IMG/VR virus record: IMGVR_UViG_3300037751_000551
Coordinates: 1 to 35,218 of that record
From: a virus
Taxonomy: Duplodnaviria; Caudoviricetes
Reading direction: 5' to 3' (one strand)
DNA length: 35,218 nt
Each line of letters begins with the position of its first letter. The first letter of the stretch is position 1. The notes under the pieces are model-generated. The model worked only from the letters and a program-made list of their open reading frames with translations, ran no database searches and had not been told where the DNA came from. The translations under genes and the position numbers were made by a program. Below, piece after piece: positions 8,739 through 17,087 of the stretch.

Positions 8739-10208
8739 CTAGAGCCGGAACTGGATTTGCGTCGCCTGCACGCGGAGCTGGTTGATCAGGTCCGGCGGGA
8801 GCTGCGCGTTGACGCGGTTGGGGTCGCCGGCGTCGCGCTCCACCAGCAGGTCGTCCTTGAACTGCTCGAAGCCCTCCACCAGGCCCGCGAACTCCCAGTC
8901 GCGGAACAGCGCCAGGTACTCCAGGCGCAGGCTGCTGGGCGTGGCCACCGCCTGGCCGGGGGAGAACTGCGTGCCGTCGTCGGCCAGCTTGTGGCGGGGG
9001 AACTTGAGCGCGAAGCGCTGGCGCGTGCTGAAGCGCAGGTAGGCCAGCGTGCGCAGGGTCGTCACGTCCAGGTAGCTCGGATCGGGGATGCCCTGGGTGT
9101 TGAGCTGGTAGGTCGTGATCAGGCGCTCCACGTGCACCGTGCCGCCCGGGGCCACGAAGGCCGTGGCGATCCCGCTGCCCAGCAGCAGCTCGCGCTCGAC
9201 GGCGGTGAAGGCGTCCGCCTCGGCCGCGGGCAGGAGCCCGGGCAACAGCAGCGTCTGGCGCGGGCGGGCGGGGTCGGGCTCGGCCGCGTCGATGCCGGCG
9301 ACGGCCGCCGCCCACACCCAGGGCGCCTCGGGCGCGGCGCCCTCGCCCATCACGGTCAGGAACGGGCTGTTGCGCGCGGCGCCGAAGGTAATCAGCGCGC
9401 CATGCGTGCCGCGCACGGCCGCGAAGGCGTGCCCTTCCTTCATGACCAGCGGCCCCCAGCGCGCGGTCAGCTCCAGCTCCAGCGCGTCCAGGTTGGCGTC
9501 GTCCGTCCAGGGCATGACGAGTGTATGGTACTGCGTGTCGCCGATGGCCGCGATGGCGTCCGCCACGTCGGGGTTGGTGGCGCCGGCCGCCAGCGGCGTG
9601 ATGGCGATGGCGATCCCGGCCGGCAGGGCCTCGCCCTGGCGGTAGTTCAGGCGCAAGTCGATGGCGTTGCCCCCCTCGCCCTTGTGCCGCGCGGTCAAGT
9701 CCGCCTTGAAGTCGTCCACGCCATTGACCGCGGCCGTTACCGGCAGTGTCGTGTCCGCGTTGATGGCGGCCACGATGGCCGCCGCCACGACCGTGGCCGT
9801 ATCCGCGTCGGCCACGGCCGCGCGCACGCGCGTGCCGGCCACGTACAGGCTCACCGTGCCCGCGGCAGTGGCGGGGCCGGTCACCGCGAGCTGGCCGGCG
9901 GCCGTCACTCCGGCCACGTCGTCGTCGAGCGCGAGGCCCCAGCTCTCGGTGCGCGGGTTGGCTGCCTTGAGCGCCCGGAACATGGCCGCGATCATGGAGC
10001 CGCGGCCCCAGGCCACCTCTGCTTGCGCGGCGCTGGTGATCAGCGTGGGCACCTCGGCGGCGACCGGCGTGCCGGCAAGGCGCTGGCCGATCACGAGAAT
10101 CTTGTGCGGCTGGCCGGGCAGGCCGGAAAGCGCGCGGGAGTTGTCGAACTCGATGTAGACCCCGGGCACCCGCAGGTCCACGGGAATCTCGTTGAAGCTG
10201 ATCGTCAT
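8739..10208 (-). CDS. Tail sheath protein (Mu gpL-like)
   Basis: ISFNEIPVDLRVPGVYIEFDNS, DPARPRQTL, FPRHKLADDG and DPNRVN motifs. Confidence 0.96.
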   Translation of the reverse strand: MTISFNEIPVDLRVPGVYIEFDNSRALSGLPGQPHKILVIGQRLAGTPVAAEVPTLITSAAQAEVAWGRGSMIAAMFRALKAANPRTESWGLALDDDVAGVTAAGQLAVTGPATAAGTVSLYVAGTRVRAAVADADTATVVAAAIVAAINADTTLPVTAAVNGVDDFKADLTARHKGEGGNAIDLRLNYRQGEALPAGIAIAITPLAAGATNPDVADAIAAIGDTQYHTLVMPWTDDANLDALELELTARWGPLVMKEGHAFAAVRGTHGALITFGAARNSPFLTVMGEGAAPEAPWVWAAAVAGIDAAEPDPARPRQTLLLPGLLPAAEADAFTAVERELLLGSGIATAFVAPGGTVHVERLITTYQLNTQGIPDPSYLDVTTLRTLAYLRFSTRQRFALKFPRHKLADDGTQFSPGQAVATPSSLRLEYLALFRDWEFAGLVEGFEQFKDDLLVERDAGDPNRVNAQLPPDLINQLRVQATQIQFRL

Positions 10209-10429
10209 TTGTCACCGTCCTTGCCGCCGGCCTTGGGGTTCGGCACCGCTTTCAGGTGTGGGCCCTTGCCGCGCCCGAAGGTGGCTTCCACCACGTCCCC
10301 GTCGCGCAGGCGGCGCACCCAGTACGAGCTGCGCGGCACGGTCTTGCCTGCCGCCGGCAGCGCCTCGCGCGTGACGGGGTCCAGCACCGTGCGCCCTGCT
10401 ACCGGCGTGACGTAGATCGTGCGCTCCAT
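10205..10429 (-). CDS. Mu gp38 / DUF2635-like small tail protein
   Basis: GRTVLDP...LPAAGKTVPRSSYWVRRLRDGDV. Confidence 0.88.
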   Translation of the reverse strand: MERTIYVTPVAGRTVLDPVTREALPAAGKTVPRSSYWVRRLRDGDVVEATFGRGKGPHLKAVPNPKAGGKDGDK

Positions 10430-10438
10430 TGGGCTCCC

Positions 10439-10981
10439 TCAGCTCTGCGGCAGAGTAATGGTGTCCTGCGGATCGGTCGTGTCACCGTCGCCCACCGGCC
10501 AGGTCTGCTGGATCGTCTCCAGCAGGTCCAGCGTCTCGGCGTCCAGCCCGCCCAGGTGTACTCGTTGCTCCCAGCTCACCGCCCACAGGTCGATGCCCGT
10601 CTGCGCCAGGCGCGTGCCGAACAGGTTGTCGGCGCGCATGGCCTGCGGGCGCTCGGTCGTGTCCAGGCCCCACAGGTTGCCGCGCACCGCCTGCAGCACG
10701 CCGTCCACCAGTACCAGTGCTGCCACGTCGCGCGGCAGGGCGGGCGCGTCCCTGGTAAGCACGAACACGCCGGCGCGCACCGTGGCCCGCATCGCGCCGC
10801 TGGCCAGCTCCTGCGCCGGGCTCACGCCCAGCAGCGCCACGCGCGCCGCCGGCGCAGCCGCGCCAAAGCGCTTCAGCTCGTCCAGGTCGAAGCGCCCGCC
10901 GTGGGGCTCCACCGAGCGGAATGCCGGCACGGCGGCCTCGATCCCGGCCACCACGGCCGCGCGGTAGGTGCTGAGGCTCAT
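10439..10981 (-). CDS. Tail terminator/completion protein (Mu gp37-like)
   Basis: Position upstream of gp38 and sheath; VEPHGGRFD, NLF and LWAVSWEQ motifs. Confidence 0.75.
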   Translation of the reverse strand: MSLSTYRAAVVAGIEAAVPAFRSVEPHGGRFDLDELKRFGAAAPAARVALLGVSPAQELASGAMRATVRAGVFVLTRDAPALPRDVAALVLVDGVLQAVRGNLWGLDTTERPQAMRADNLFGTRLAQTGIDLWAVSWEQRVHLGGLDAETLDLLETIQQTWPVGDGDTTDPQDTITLPQS

Positions 10982-11015
10982 CTATCCCCCTCAGGGGGAC
11001 CCGCAAGGGGTGAGA

Positions 11016-11468
11016 TCACGTCAGCACCTGGTCGAGGTAGTCGTCCACCACAGCCAGCAGGTCGGCCTCGTTCTCGGAGCTGAGGCCCAGGTAGGGCCGT
11101 TCCGGGATGGGCAGGCCCACCTCGGCCCCGCCGAACTGGTGGATGGCCGCATAGACCAGGTTGGAGCCCACCTCCACCTGGTCGCCGCTCACCTGGTACT
11201 GGATCGAGTCCAGCAGGTCGCCCTCGCCCTGCAGCAGGCTGTGCCCGGCGTGGCGGGTCTGCGCGTAGCGCGGCGACAAGTCCGGCCAGGGCGTGCCGTC
11301 GGGTGCTACCTTCTCGTCGGCGATGCGCCGGCGGGTCTGGTTCTCGACCTCGAAGCCGATGGCGTGCAAGAGGGAATCGCCGGATGCGCGTTTGCGCGCC
11401 AGGCGCTCGATGCGCCGCGCCAGGCGCTCGATGCCGCGGGTGTCGACTTGCAGGTGCGTGCCGGCCAC
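11016..11468 (-). CDS. Virion morphogenesis protein (Mu gpG / phage tail S family)
   Basis: PDGTPWPDLS, LLDSI and VGSNLVYAAIHQFGG...IPERPYLGLS motifs. Confidence 0.92.
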   Translation of the reverse strand: MAGTHLQVDTRGIERLARRIERLARKRASGDSLLHAIGFEVENQTRRRIADEKVAPDGTPWPDLSPRYAQTRHAGHSLLQGEGDLLDSIQYQVSGDQVEVGSNLVYAAIHQFGGAEVGLPIPERPYLGLSSENEADLLAVVDDYLDQVLT

Positions 11469-11470
11469 GG

Positions 11471-11890
11471 CTACACCCCCTTGAGCGAGTCGCGGGTGAA
11501 CCTGCGCGGGCCGCTGCTGATCTGCACCCCGCCGCCGCCCTGCGAGGGCGGCGAGGGATCGACGCCCAGGCTCACGATTCCGCGCGCGACCCGGTCCAGC
11601 CAGGAGACCGCCTTCTCGTAGCGGTCCTTGACCTCCTCGGTCATGGCGCCCGGGCGCTGGCTGAGACGGTACAGGGCGATGTCCACGCAGACGGGCGGCA
11701 GCACGGCCGGCACGGTCGCCAGCGGCAGTGTGTACTTGGCGCCGAGGTACGAGTTGATGAACTCCGTTGCGAACAGGAGCGCCTCGTCCACCACGCCCGG
11801 GTCGGCCTGGCCGTCGCCGTCGCGGTCGGCCGCGAGCGTGACGGCGTCGGAGCCGTAGGCGTCGATCATATCCTGCTGGGTGGCGTACAT
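11471..11890 (-). CDS. Head-tail adaptor (Mu gp36 / DUF1320)
   Basis: MYATQQDM, INSYLGAKYTLPL, CVDIALYRL and RYEKAVSWL motifs. Confidence 0.92.
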   Translation of the reverse strand: MYATQQDMIDAYGSDAVTLAADRDGDGQADPGVVDEALLFATEFINSYLGAKYTLPLATVPAVLPPVCVDIALYRLSQRPGAMTEEVKDRYEKAVSWLDRVARGIVSLGVDPSPPSQGGGGVQISSGPRRFTRDSLKGV

Positions 11891-12008
11891 GCCTGGCGCC
11901 TAAGAGTTAAGCGGGCCCGCCGCACCCGCGATGCCCGCCCATGCTGGCCGTATGCCTGCCGGGTGGGTGAGCGCCCCGGCCGGCGGCCGTTGCATCCAGT
12001 GCGCCGCC

Positions 12009-12536
12009 CTACTTGGGCGGGGACAGCTCCGCGACCAGCGCGTCGCGCTCCTGTGCGGAGCAGGCGATGCCCAGCGCCTCGCGGGACACCGCCTCGGTGC
12101 GCGGCTTGCCATCCTTGAGCAGGTCGGCCTCGGCCTTGCCTTCCACGACGCGCGTGACGCCGTAGCGCAGGGCGATGGCGCGGAACGCCTCGTTGGCCAG
12201 CAGCTCGTCGATGGCGTTCTGGCGCGCGGTCATGGCCGCGTCCGCCGCGTCCAGCGCCTCCTTGCGGGCGGCCAGGCTGCGCTCCAGGTCGGCCAGGCGC
12301 TCGCGCTCGGCGGCCAGGTCGTCCGCCAGCGCCCCGCTGAGCGCCTTGCCCGCCCGCTCGGAGTCCGTCTGGGCCGGCTCGCCGTCCAGCAGCTCCACCG
12401 TCAGGTGCGGCTCGCCGCGCAGGCGCTTCAGCTCATCCTTCGTAAAGCGGCCGTCGGGGTGGTCCGTGGGCCGGGACGGATGGAACACGCCGCAGCGGTA
12501 GAAGCCCCGGCGTTGCTTGGCGGTGATGCGGATCAT
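12009..12536 (-). CDS. Mu gp35 / HI1506-like protein with a coiled-coil extension
   Basis: IRITAKQRRGFYRCG...FTKDELKRLRGEPHLTVE N-terminal domain; follows the capsid gene. Confidence 0.8.
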   Translation of the reverse strand: MIRITAKQRRGFYRCGVFHPSRPTDHPDGRFTKDELKRLRGEPHLTVELLDGEPAQTDSERAGKALSGALADDLAAERERLADLERSLAARKEALDAADAAMTARQNAIDELLANEAFRAIALRYGVTRVVEGKAEADLLKDGKPRTEAVSREALGIACSAQERDALVAELSPPK

Positions 12537-12551
12537 GCGTCCCTCGTCAGT

Positions 12552-12587
12552 GAAAGAGACGCCCGGCGGCTTGGACCCGCCGGGCGT
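12552..12587 (-). terminator. Probable intrinsic terminator/attenuator after the major capsid gene
   Basis: 11-bp stem ACGCCCGGCGG/CCGCCGGGCGT followed on the minus strand by CTCTTTC. Confidence 0.6.
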
Positions 12588-12623
12588 TCAGCCTAGGGCT
12601 ACCCACCCCTGGGGTTCAGCCGG

Positions 12624-13667
12624 CTACGCCAGCCACGGCACCACGAGCAGCTCCGCCGTGCCCCGCCAGACGTTGGTCGCGCCGGCCGCATCGCGCTCGG
12701 CGTTGAGGATTTCCAGCCCGGCGGCCTCCAGCGCGGGCGGCACGATCAGCAGGCGCGGCATGATGCCCAGCGGGCGTCCCTCGTCGCTCTTCACGCTCAT
12801 CATGGCCGCGCGCGCCGCGGCGTAAGCCGCCGCGTCGAGCGTCTGCTTGGAGGCGTACGCCTGCTGCCAGAAGCCGAAGCCGACGTTCACCCGCGCGTCC
12901 ACGCCGTAGCGGTAGGAGTCGCGCATGAACACCGCCTCGTCGCCCCGGTCGGTCATCGCCTTCAGGTCATATTCCCGGCGCACCTGGTAGATCAGCGGCT
13001 TGAGCGGCTTGCCGGTGTCCAGCAGGTACCACGCCGTGCCCCCGCCACCGCCCGTGTTGCTCACCACGCCGGCTCCCACCGGATGGTCGGTGTCGAAGAA
13101 CGCCTGGCCGTCGTAGCCCAGCTCGACGAAGCCGGCGGCGAGCAGCTCGAAGATCAGCTTGTCCGGGTGCTGCGAGGCGGCGAAGCCCATGCCGTTGACG
13201 ACCGGAGAGTACACGCCGTAGGTGTCGTCCTCGATGTCGTCGCGCGGAATCTCCACCGTGCTCTCGAACTTGCGGTTGGCGATCCGGTAGTCGTGTGCCG
13301 CCAGGCCCTTCAAGTGCCGGTCTCCGATCCACTCCCGCAGTTCCGGCCATTGGCCCAGCCAGGCGTAGTGGTTCTCCCGGGTGCTGGACGGCACCCGCGT
13401 CGCCAGGCGCGCCTGCAGCGACTCCTTCTGGAAGGCCGCGAAGCCCTCCTTGAACTGCGTCTTGAACGCCGTGAACAGGTCCGCGAGGTTGGCCTGGTTG
13501 ACGATCAGCCCGCCCAGCACCAGCTCCGGCAGGTGCAGCGGCGCGTTCAGCAGCGGCCCCGTGGGAGGCACCGGATAGCCCGGCGACAGGCCGGCCCAGG
13601 CGACGACGGCGGCGATGGCAAGGCAGGTGGCCAGCAGGCCGATTGCGAGCTTCAGGAACGTCTTCAT
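12624..13667 (-). CDS. Major capsid protein (Mu gpT-like) with an N-terminal hydrophobic extension
   Basis: YAWLGQWPELREWIGDR, FESTVEIPRDDIEDD, YDGQAFFDTDHPV, KPLIYQ and GFGFWQ motifs; GGAG RBS before the ATG at 13667. Confidence 0.96.
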   Translation of the reverse strand: MKTFLKLAIGLLATCLAIAAVVAWAGLSPGYPVPPTGPLLNAPLHLPELVLGGLIVNQANLADLFTAFKTQFKEGFAAFQKESLQARLATRVPSSTRENHYAWLGQWPELREWIGDRHLKGLAAHDYRIANRKFESTVEIPRDDIEDDTYGVYSPVVNGMGFAASQHPDKLIFELLAAGFVELGYDGQAFFDTDHPVGAGVVSNTGGGGGTAWYLLDTGKPLKPLIYQVRREYDLKAMTDRGDEAVFMRDSYRYGVDARVNVGFGFWQQAYASKQTLDAAAYAAARAAMMSVKSDEGRPLGIMPRLLIVPPALEAAGLEILNAERDAAGATNVWRGTAELLVVPWLA

Positions 13668-13723
13668 TGCCGGGGCTCCGGGTGGAGTCTGGGTTGGGCC
13701 GGCCCGCCTGCGCCGGCCTAGGC

Positions 13724-14572
13724 TTACGTCTCGATGTAGACCGTCACTTCGGCGTTGGCATCCGCGTCGGTGTTGCCGCCGCCCACGGTGACCGAGATCA
13801 CGTCGCCGATGGCCACCACGTTGGCGGCCGTGGGCGTGGCCACGTCCACGTCGCCGGCGGCCGACCCGGCCTGGGCGATGGTGATCGCGCCGTTGGTGAT
13901 GGGTGTCGCGCCGATCTTGCCGGTGAGCGATGCGTCCGCGCCGGCCAGCGCGCCGTCGATCACCGAGTAGATTTTCGTGATGAGGCCCGCGACCGGCGAG
14001 ACCACGCGGTAGACCTTGGCGCCGGCCGCCAGCAGGTCATCCACCACGAGCTGCAGCGCGATCTTGTTGGCGGCCAGGTTGGCCCGCGCCGTGGCGGCGT
14101 CGGCCACGTCGGACAGGTCGTTGGCGGCCAGCAGCGCGCCCGCCGGGCTGCTCACCGGGCCGTAGCCCACGAACACCCACACGCCGTCCGCATCCACGTC
14201 AACGACCATCCCCGCGGGGCTGCGCGCCCCGCCGTTGTCCGTCTTGGCCACGGTCTGGTCGTCGACGATGTAGCAGGTCTCCCCGATCTCGGTGAGAGCG
14301 ATCAGGTCGCCGGCGGCCGAGTTGGCGAAGAGGAACGCGCCGTTGCGAACCTTGACGGTCTTGTCGCCGTCCTGCCCGCCGGCGTTGTCCACGGCCTCCT
14401 GGGCCACGCCCACCGCCTGCAGCGTCGCCGCGACCGCGCCCGGCGTGGCATAGCCCGTGGCGCTCAGGGCCACCAGCGCCCCGGCGTAGATCACCGCACC
14501 GGCGGCGACCGGAAAGCTGAAATCCTCGTTCGCGCGGCGTGGCGTCACGCGGTCTGTCGCGAGTGCTCCCAT
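13724..14572 (-). CDS. Capsid decoration/cement protein (DUF2190-like) with an extra C-terminal domain
   Basis: ALATDRVTP...PVAAGAVIYAGALV...CYIVDDQTVAKT...GVWV domain; lies between the protease and capsid genes. Confidence 0.78.
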   Translation of the reverse strand: MGALATDRVTPRRANEDFSFPVAAGAVIYAGALVALSATGYATPGAVAATLQAVGVAQEAVDNAGGQDGDKTVKVRNGAFLFANSAAGDLIALTEIGETCYIVDDQTVAKTDNGGARSPAGMVVDVDADGVWVFVGYGPVSSPAGALLAANDLSDVADAATARANLAANKIALQLVVDDLLAAGAKVYRVVSPVAGLITKIYSVIDGALAGADASLTGKIGATPITNGAITIAQAGSAAGDVDVATPTAANVVAIGDVISVTVGGGNTDADANAEVTVYIET

Positions 14573-14638
14573 CGTGGCCTGTCTCTCGGTTCGTGGTGGT
14601 CAGCGGTGACCGTCGGCGAGGCCGCCGTGCCGGCGCGG

Positions 14639-15145
14639 CTATTCCGCGCGCGCCTGGGCGAATGCCTCGGTGTCCATGCCCATCGTCTTGCAGATCGCGA
14701 GCTGGTCGGCGGTGAGCGCGGCGGCCCCCTTCTTCGCCGGATCGCCCTGGATCACCTGGTCGGGCGCCAGCACGGGCGCGGCCGCGATGAACTTCTTGAA
14801 TTGCTCCAGCCCACCCGCCTGCGCGCACATGGCGCGGTAGTAGTCCGCCGTCGCCGGCGTGATCTTCTTCGCGCTGACCGCCGCGGAGATCTCCGCGTCG
14901 ATGGCCTTGGCCTGCTCGGCCTTGGCCTGGTCGGCGAGCTTGGTCTCCGCCGCCGTGGCCTTGGCGACCTGCGCGTCGTAGTCGCCGCGCGGCACGAACT
15001 TGTCCAGGGGCGGGGTCTTGGCCTGCTCGGCGGCCGTGGCCAGGGCGGTGTGCTGCTTCTGCGCGGCCGTGACGATCTCCGCGTCCGTGGCCGTGTCGGC
15101 CAGGGCCAGGGCGGCGCACAGCGTCTTGCGTTGCTCGGGGGTCAT
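14639..15145 (-). CDS. Scaffolding protein from an internal in-frame start (Mu gpZ-like)
   Basis: GAGG RBS before the internal ATG (MTPEQRKTL); Ala/Lys-rich helical C-terminal half; Mu I/Z precedent. Confidence 0.65.
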   Translation of the reverse strand: MTPEQRKTLCAALALADTATDAEIVTAAQKQHTALATAAEQAKTPPLDKFVPRGDYDAQVAKATAAETKLADQAKAEQAKAIDAEISAAVSAKKITPATADYYRAMCAQAGGLEQFKKFIAAAPVLAPDQVIQGDPAKKGAAALTADQLAICKTMGMDTEAFAQARAE

Positions 15146-15715
15146 CGTGTCCTCGGGTTGATATTGCAGGCGGTTGAGCGCCAGCTCGGGAAAGGCCGGC
15201 CGGTTGGTCAGCGCCACGGAGGTGATGCGCAGGATGCGCTGGGTGGCCTTGTCGAACAGGAACGCCGGCGACAGGAAGCGGTACTCGCGCGCCCGGAGCA
15301 TGTCGGCGGCGCGCGGCGTCCAGGCCGCTCGTGCCCAGATCGCGCCCTCGCGCAGCTCCAGGGCCTCGATCCATCCCGCGGCCGGGGACGGCTGACCCGG
15401 CGGGCCGATCTCGGACCCGTGCTCGAAGTCCAGCGGCAGGGGCAACCCGTGCGCCCGTGTGGCCGCGATCACCGCGGCGGGGTCGGGATTGTTCCAGCGC
15501 CGGTCGTCGCGGGTCTGCACCTCGGCGCCGGCGGGCATCAGCTTGATCCACTCCGGCACCTGGCCGTCCGCCAGCAGCTCCACCGCCAGCGCCACGCCGC
15601 TCGCCGGCGCGGGCACCGCCTCGCACAGCGCGAGCGCGGGCGAAGAGTCGAGGCCGCCCTCACGGGCGGCTCCGGTCGACGCAACGCAATGGGTGTCGGA
15701 GCAGAGCGGGTCCAT
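14639..15715 (-). CDS. Prohead protease (Mu gpI-like)
   Basis: PEWIKLMPAG, LPLDFEH, PAAGWI, WTPRA, EYRFLSPAF and ALTNRP motifs; start placed at ATG 15715 from promoter spacing (15727 is the alternative). Confidence 0.93.
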   Translation of the reverse strand: MDPLCSDTHCVASTGAAREGGLDSSPALALCEAVPAPASGVALAVELLADGQVPEWIKLMPAGAEVQTRDDRRWNNPDPAAVIAATRAHGLPLPLDFEHGSEIGPPGQPSPAAGWIEALELREGAIWARAAWTPRAADMLRAREYRFLSPAFLFDKATQRILRITSVALTNRPAFPELALNRLQYQPEDTMTPEQRKTLCAALALADTATDAEIVTAAQKQHTALATAAEQAKTPPLDKFVPRGDYDAQVAKATAAETKLADQAKAEQAKAIDAEISAAVSAKKITPATADYYRAMCAQAGGLEQFKKFIAAAPVLAPDQVIQGDPAKKGAAALTADQLAICKTMGMDTEAFAQARAE

Positions 15716-15771
15716 GTCCCGGAGCATGCGGGACGCGGCACAAGGATGTCAGCGTGCAATAGTGCGCAGGG
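15716..15771 (-). promoter_or_regulatory. Putative Mor/C-activated late promoter of the head-tail operon
   Basis: 24-bp CCCTGCGCACTATTGCACGCTGAC (15771-15748), then a -10-like CATGCT ending 7 nt before the ATG; identical copy at 30418-30441. Confidence 0.75.
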
Positions 15772-15967
15772 CGTCACGGGCTGTGCCGGGCAGCCGCAGC
15801 CGGCGCATGAGCCGCGCCACAGCCCGCACCTCGCGCGCTTCCGCCCGGGCATCGAGCGTCGCCCGGTGTGGATCGGGTCTGCGCCACGCCGGTGGGAGCG
15901 CCCGCGCGATCTCCTCGCGCACGGCGCGCTTGGCGCTGAGCGGCTCGGGGGCGAAGGGGTCAGCCAT
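15749..15967 (-). CDS. Hypothetical protein (72 aa)
   Basis: Start overlaps the upstream stop, GGAG RBS; last gene of the accessory run. Confidence 0.5.
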   Translation of the reverse strand: MADPFAPEPLSAKRAVREEIARALPPAWRRPDPHRATLDARAEAREVRAVARLMRRLRLPGTARDALRTIAR

Positions 15968-17087
15968 CCGCGCCGGCGCCGGCGTCCGCCGGCAGGAAGC
16001 GCGCGGCCAGCTCGCGCAGCTTGGCCTCGGAGATCGTGGGCTGCCCCGCCTTGCGCCGCGCGAAGTGCTTCATCAGCCAGGTGTAATCGCGGTCGTTGAT
16101 CCCATGCTCGCGGCAGACGGCGCGCCCGGACCCCAGCTCGTCCTTGCGCTGCACCACCGCGCGCTGCAGCCGCTTCACCAGGAGATCATTCGCACCCAGT
16201 GCTTCAGGCGCTTCAGGCGCTTCAGGCGCTTCAGCCGCTTCAGGTGCTTCAGGTGCTTCAGGTGGGCCGGGTGCTTCAGCGAATGCTTCACAGTCCGGCG
16301 GGCCTGAAGCGGGTGCTTCAGAGCGGCGCTTCGCTTCAGGTGCTTCAGCCGGAAGGGGTGCTTCAGCGGACCGACGCTCGTTTTGAAGTGGGGTCTGAAG
16401 CATCCCGCCCTGTGCTTCAGGTGCTTCAGCGGGTGCTTCAGTCGCCGCTGAAGCGGTTGAAGCCCCCCTGAACCGCCACCCGGACATCCTCAGCACCGCC
16501 CCCGCGTTGGCGAGCTGAAAGGCGAGCAGCAGGGCCAGCACGGGCAGCACCTTGGGCAGCGCGGCCCAGGCGTCGTAGCCGGCCGCGGCCGGGGCGTCCC
16601 GCGCCTCGATCAGCGCGCGGCGCTGCGCGCGCAGGGCGGTGAGGGCCTCGCGCTGGCGCTCGAGGGAGTCCAGCCAGCCGGCGCGCACGGCGCTCTTGGC
16701 CTCGTCCTCGCGCAGGGAGCGCTCGGCGGCGGCGATGTCCTGCTCCAGCGCCGCGATGAGCCCGGGCGCCGTGGCCTGCGTCTCGGCGGCGCGCTCGCGC
16801 TGCGCGGAGGCCTGGCGCCAGGCGGAGTACTCGGGGCCGCAGATCACCCAGGCCGGCACCAGCACCATCACCAGGATCAGCGCCAGGCCCGTGGCCCGCG
16901 CCAGGCGCCCGGGCTGGTAGACCAGGTACAGGCCCACCAGCTCCGCGCCTAGGGAGGCGACCAGGCCCACAGCCGCGCCCATCGTGGCCTGCCAGTAGGG
17001 GATCGCGTGCGCCTGCACCACCACCACGCCGGCGGCCAGGATCAGCGCCGGCAGCAGCACGTTCTCGATCAGCTCCAGGGGTTTCAT
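15960..17087 (-). CDS. Multi-pass membrane protein with a coiled coil, an EAP-repeat linker and a basic HTH-like C-terminus
   Basis: Start MKPLELIENVLL with GGAG RBS and ATGA overlap; 3 N-terminal hydrophobic segments, coiled coil, 4th hydrophobic segment, repeats, then GRAVCREHGINDRDYTWLMK. Confidence 0.8.
   Translation of the reverse strand: MKPLELIENVLLPALILAAGVVVVQAHAIPYWQATMGAAVGLVASLGAELVGLYLVYQPGRLARATGLALILVMVLVPAWVICGPEYSAWRQASAQRERAAETQATAPGLIAALEQDIAAAERSLREDEAKSAVRAGWLDSLERQREALTALRAQRRALIEARDAPAAAGYDAWAALPKVLPVLALLLAFQLANAGAVLRMSGWRFRGASTASAATEAPAEAPEAQGGMLQTPLQNERRSAEAPLPAEAPEAKRRSEAPASGPPDCEAFAEAPGPPEAPEAPEAAEAPEAPEAPEALGANDLLVKRLQRAVVQRKDELGSGRAVCREHGINDRDYTWLMKHFARRKAGQPTISEAKLRELAARFLPADAGAGADG
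16201..16463. repeat. Array of GCTTCA/TGAAGC hexamers in both orientations
   Basis: 16 GCTTCA (seven at 9-bp period, 16201-16260) and 4 TGAAGC (16305, 16396, 16449, 16458), counted by eye. Confidence 0.9.

Noticed and set aside
5209-16099. Long alternative ORFs (e.g. 5209-7227, 8757-10415, 13643-16099, most of 7849-10215)
   Set aside because: Arg/Gly/Ala-rich shadow frames expected at this GC content, overlapping well-supported phage genes
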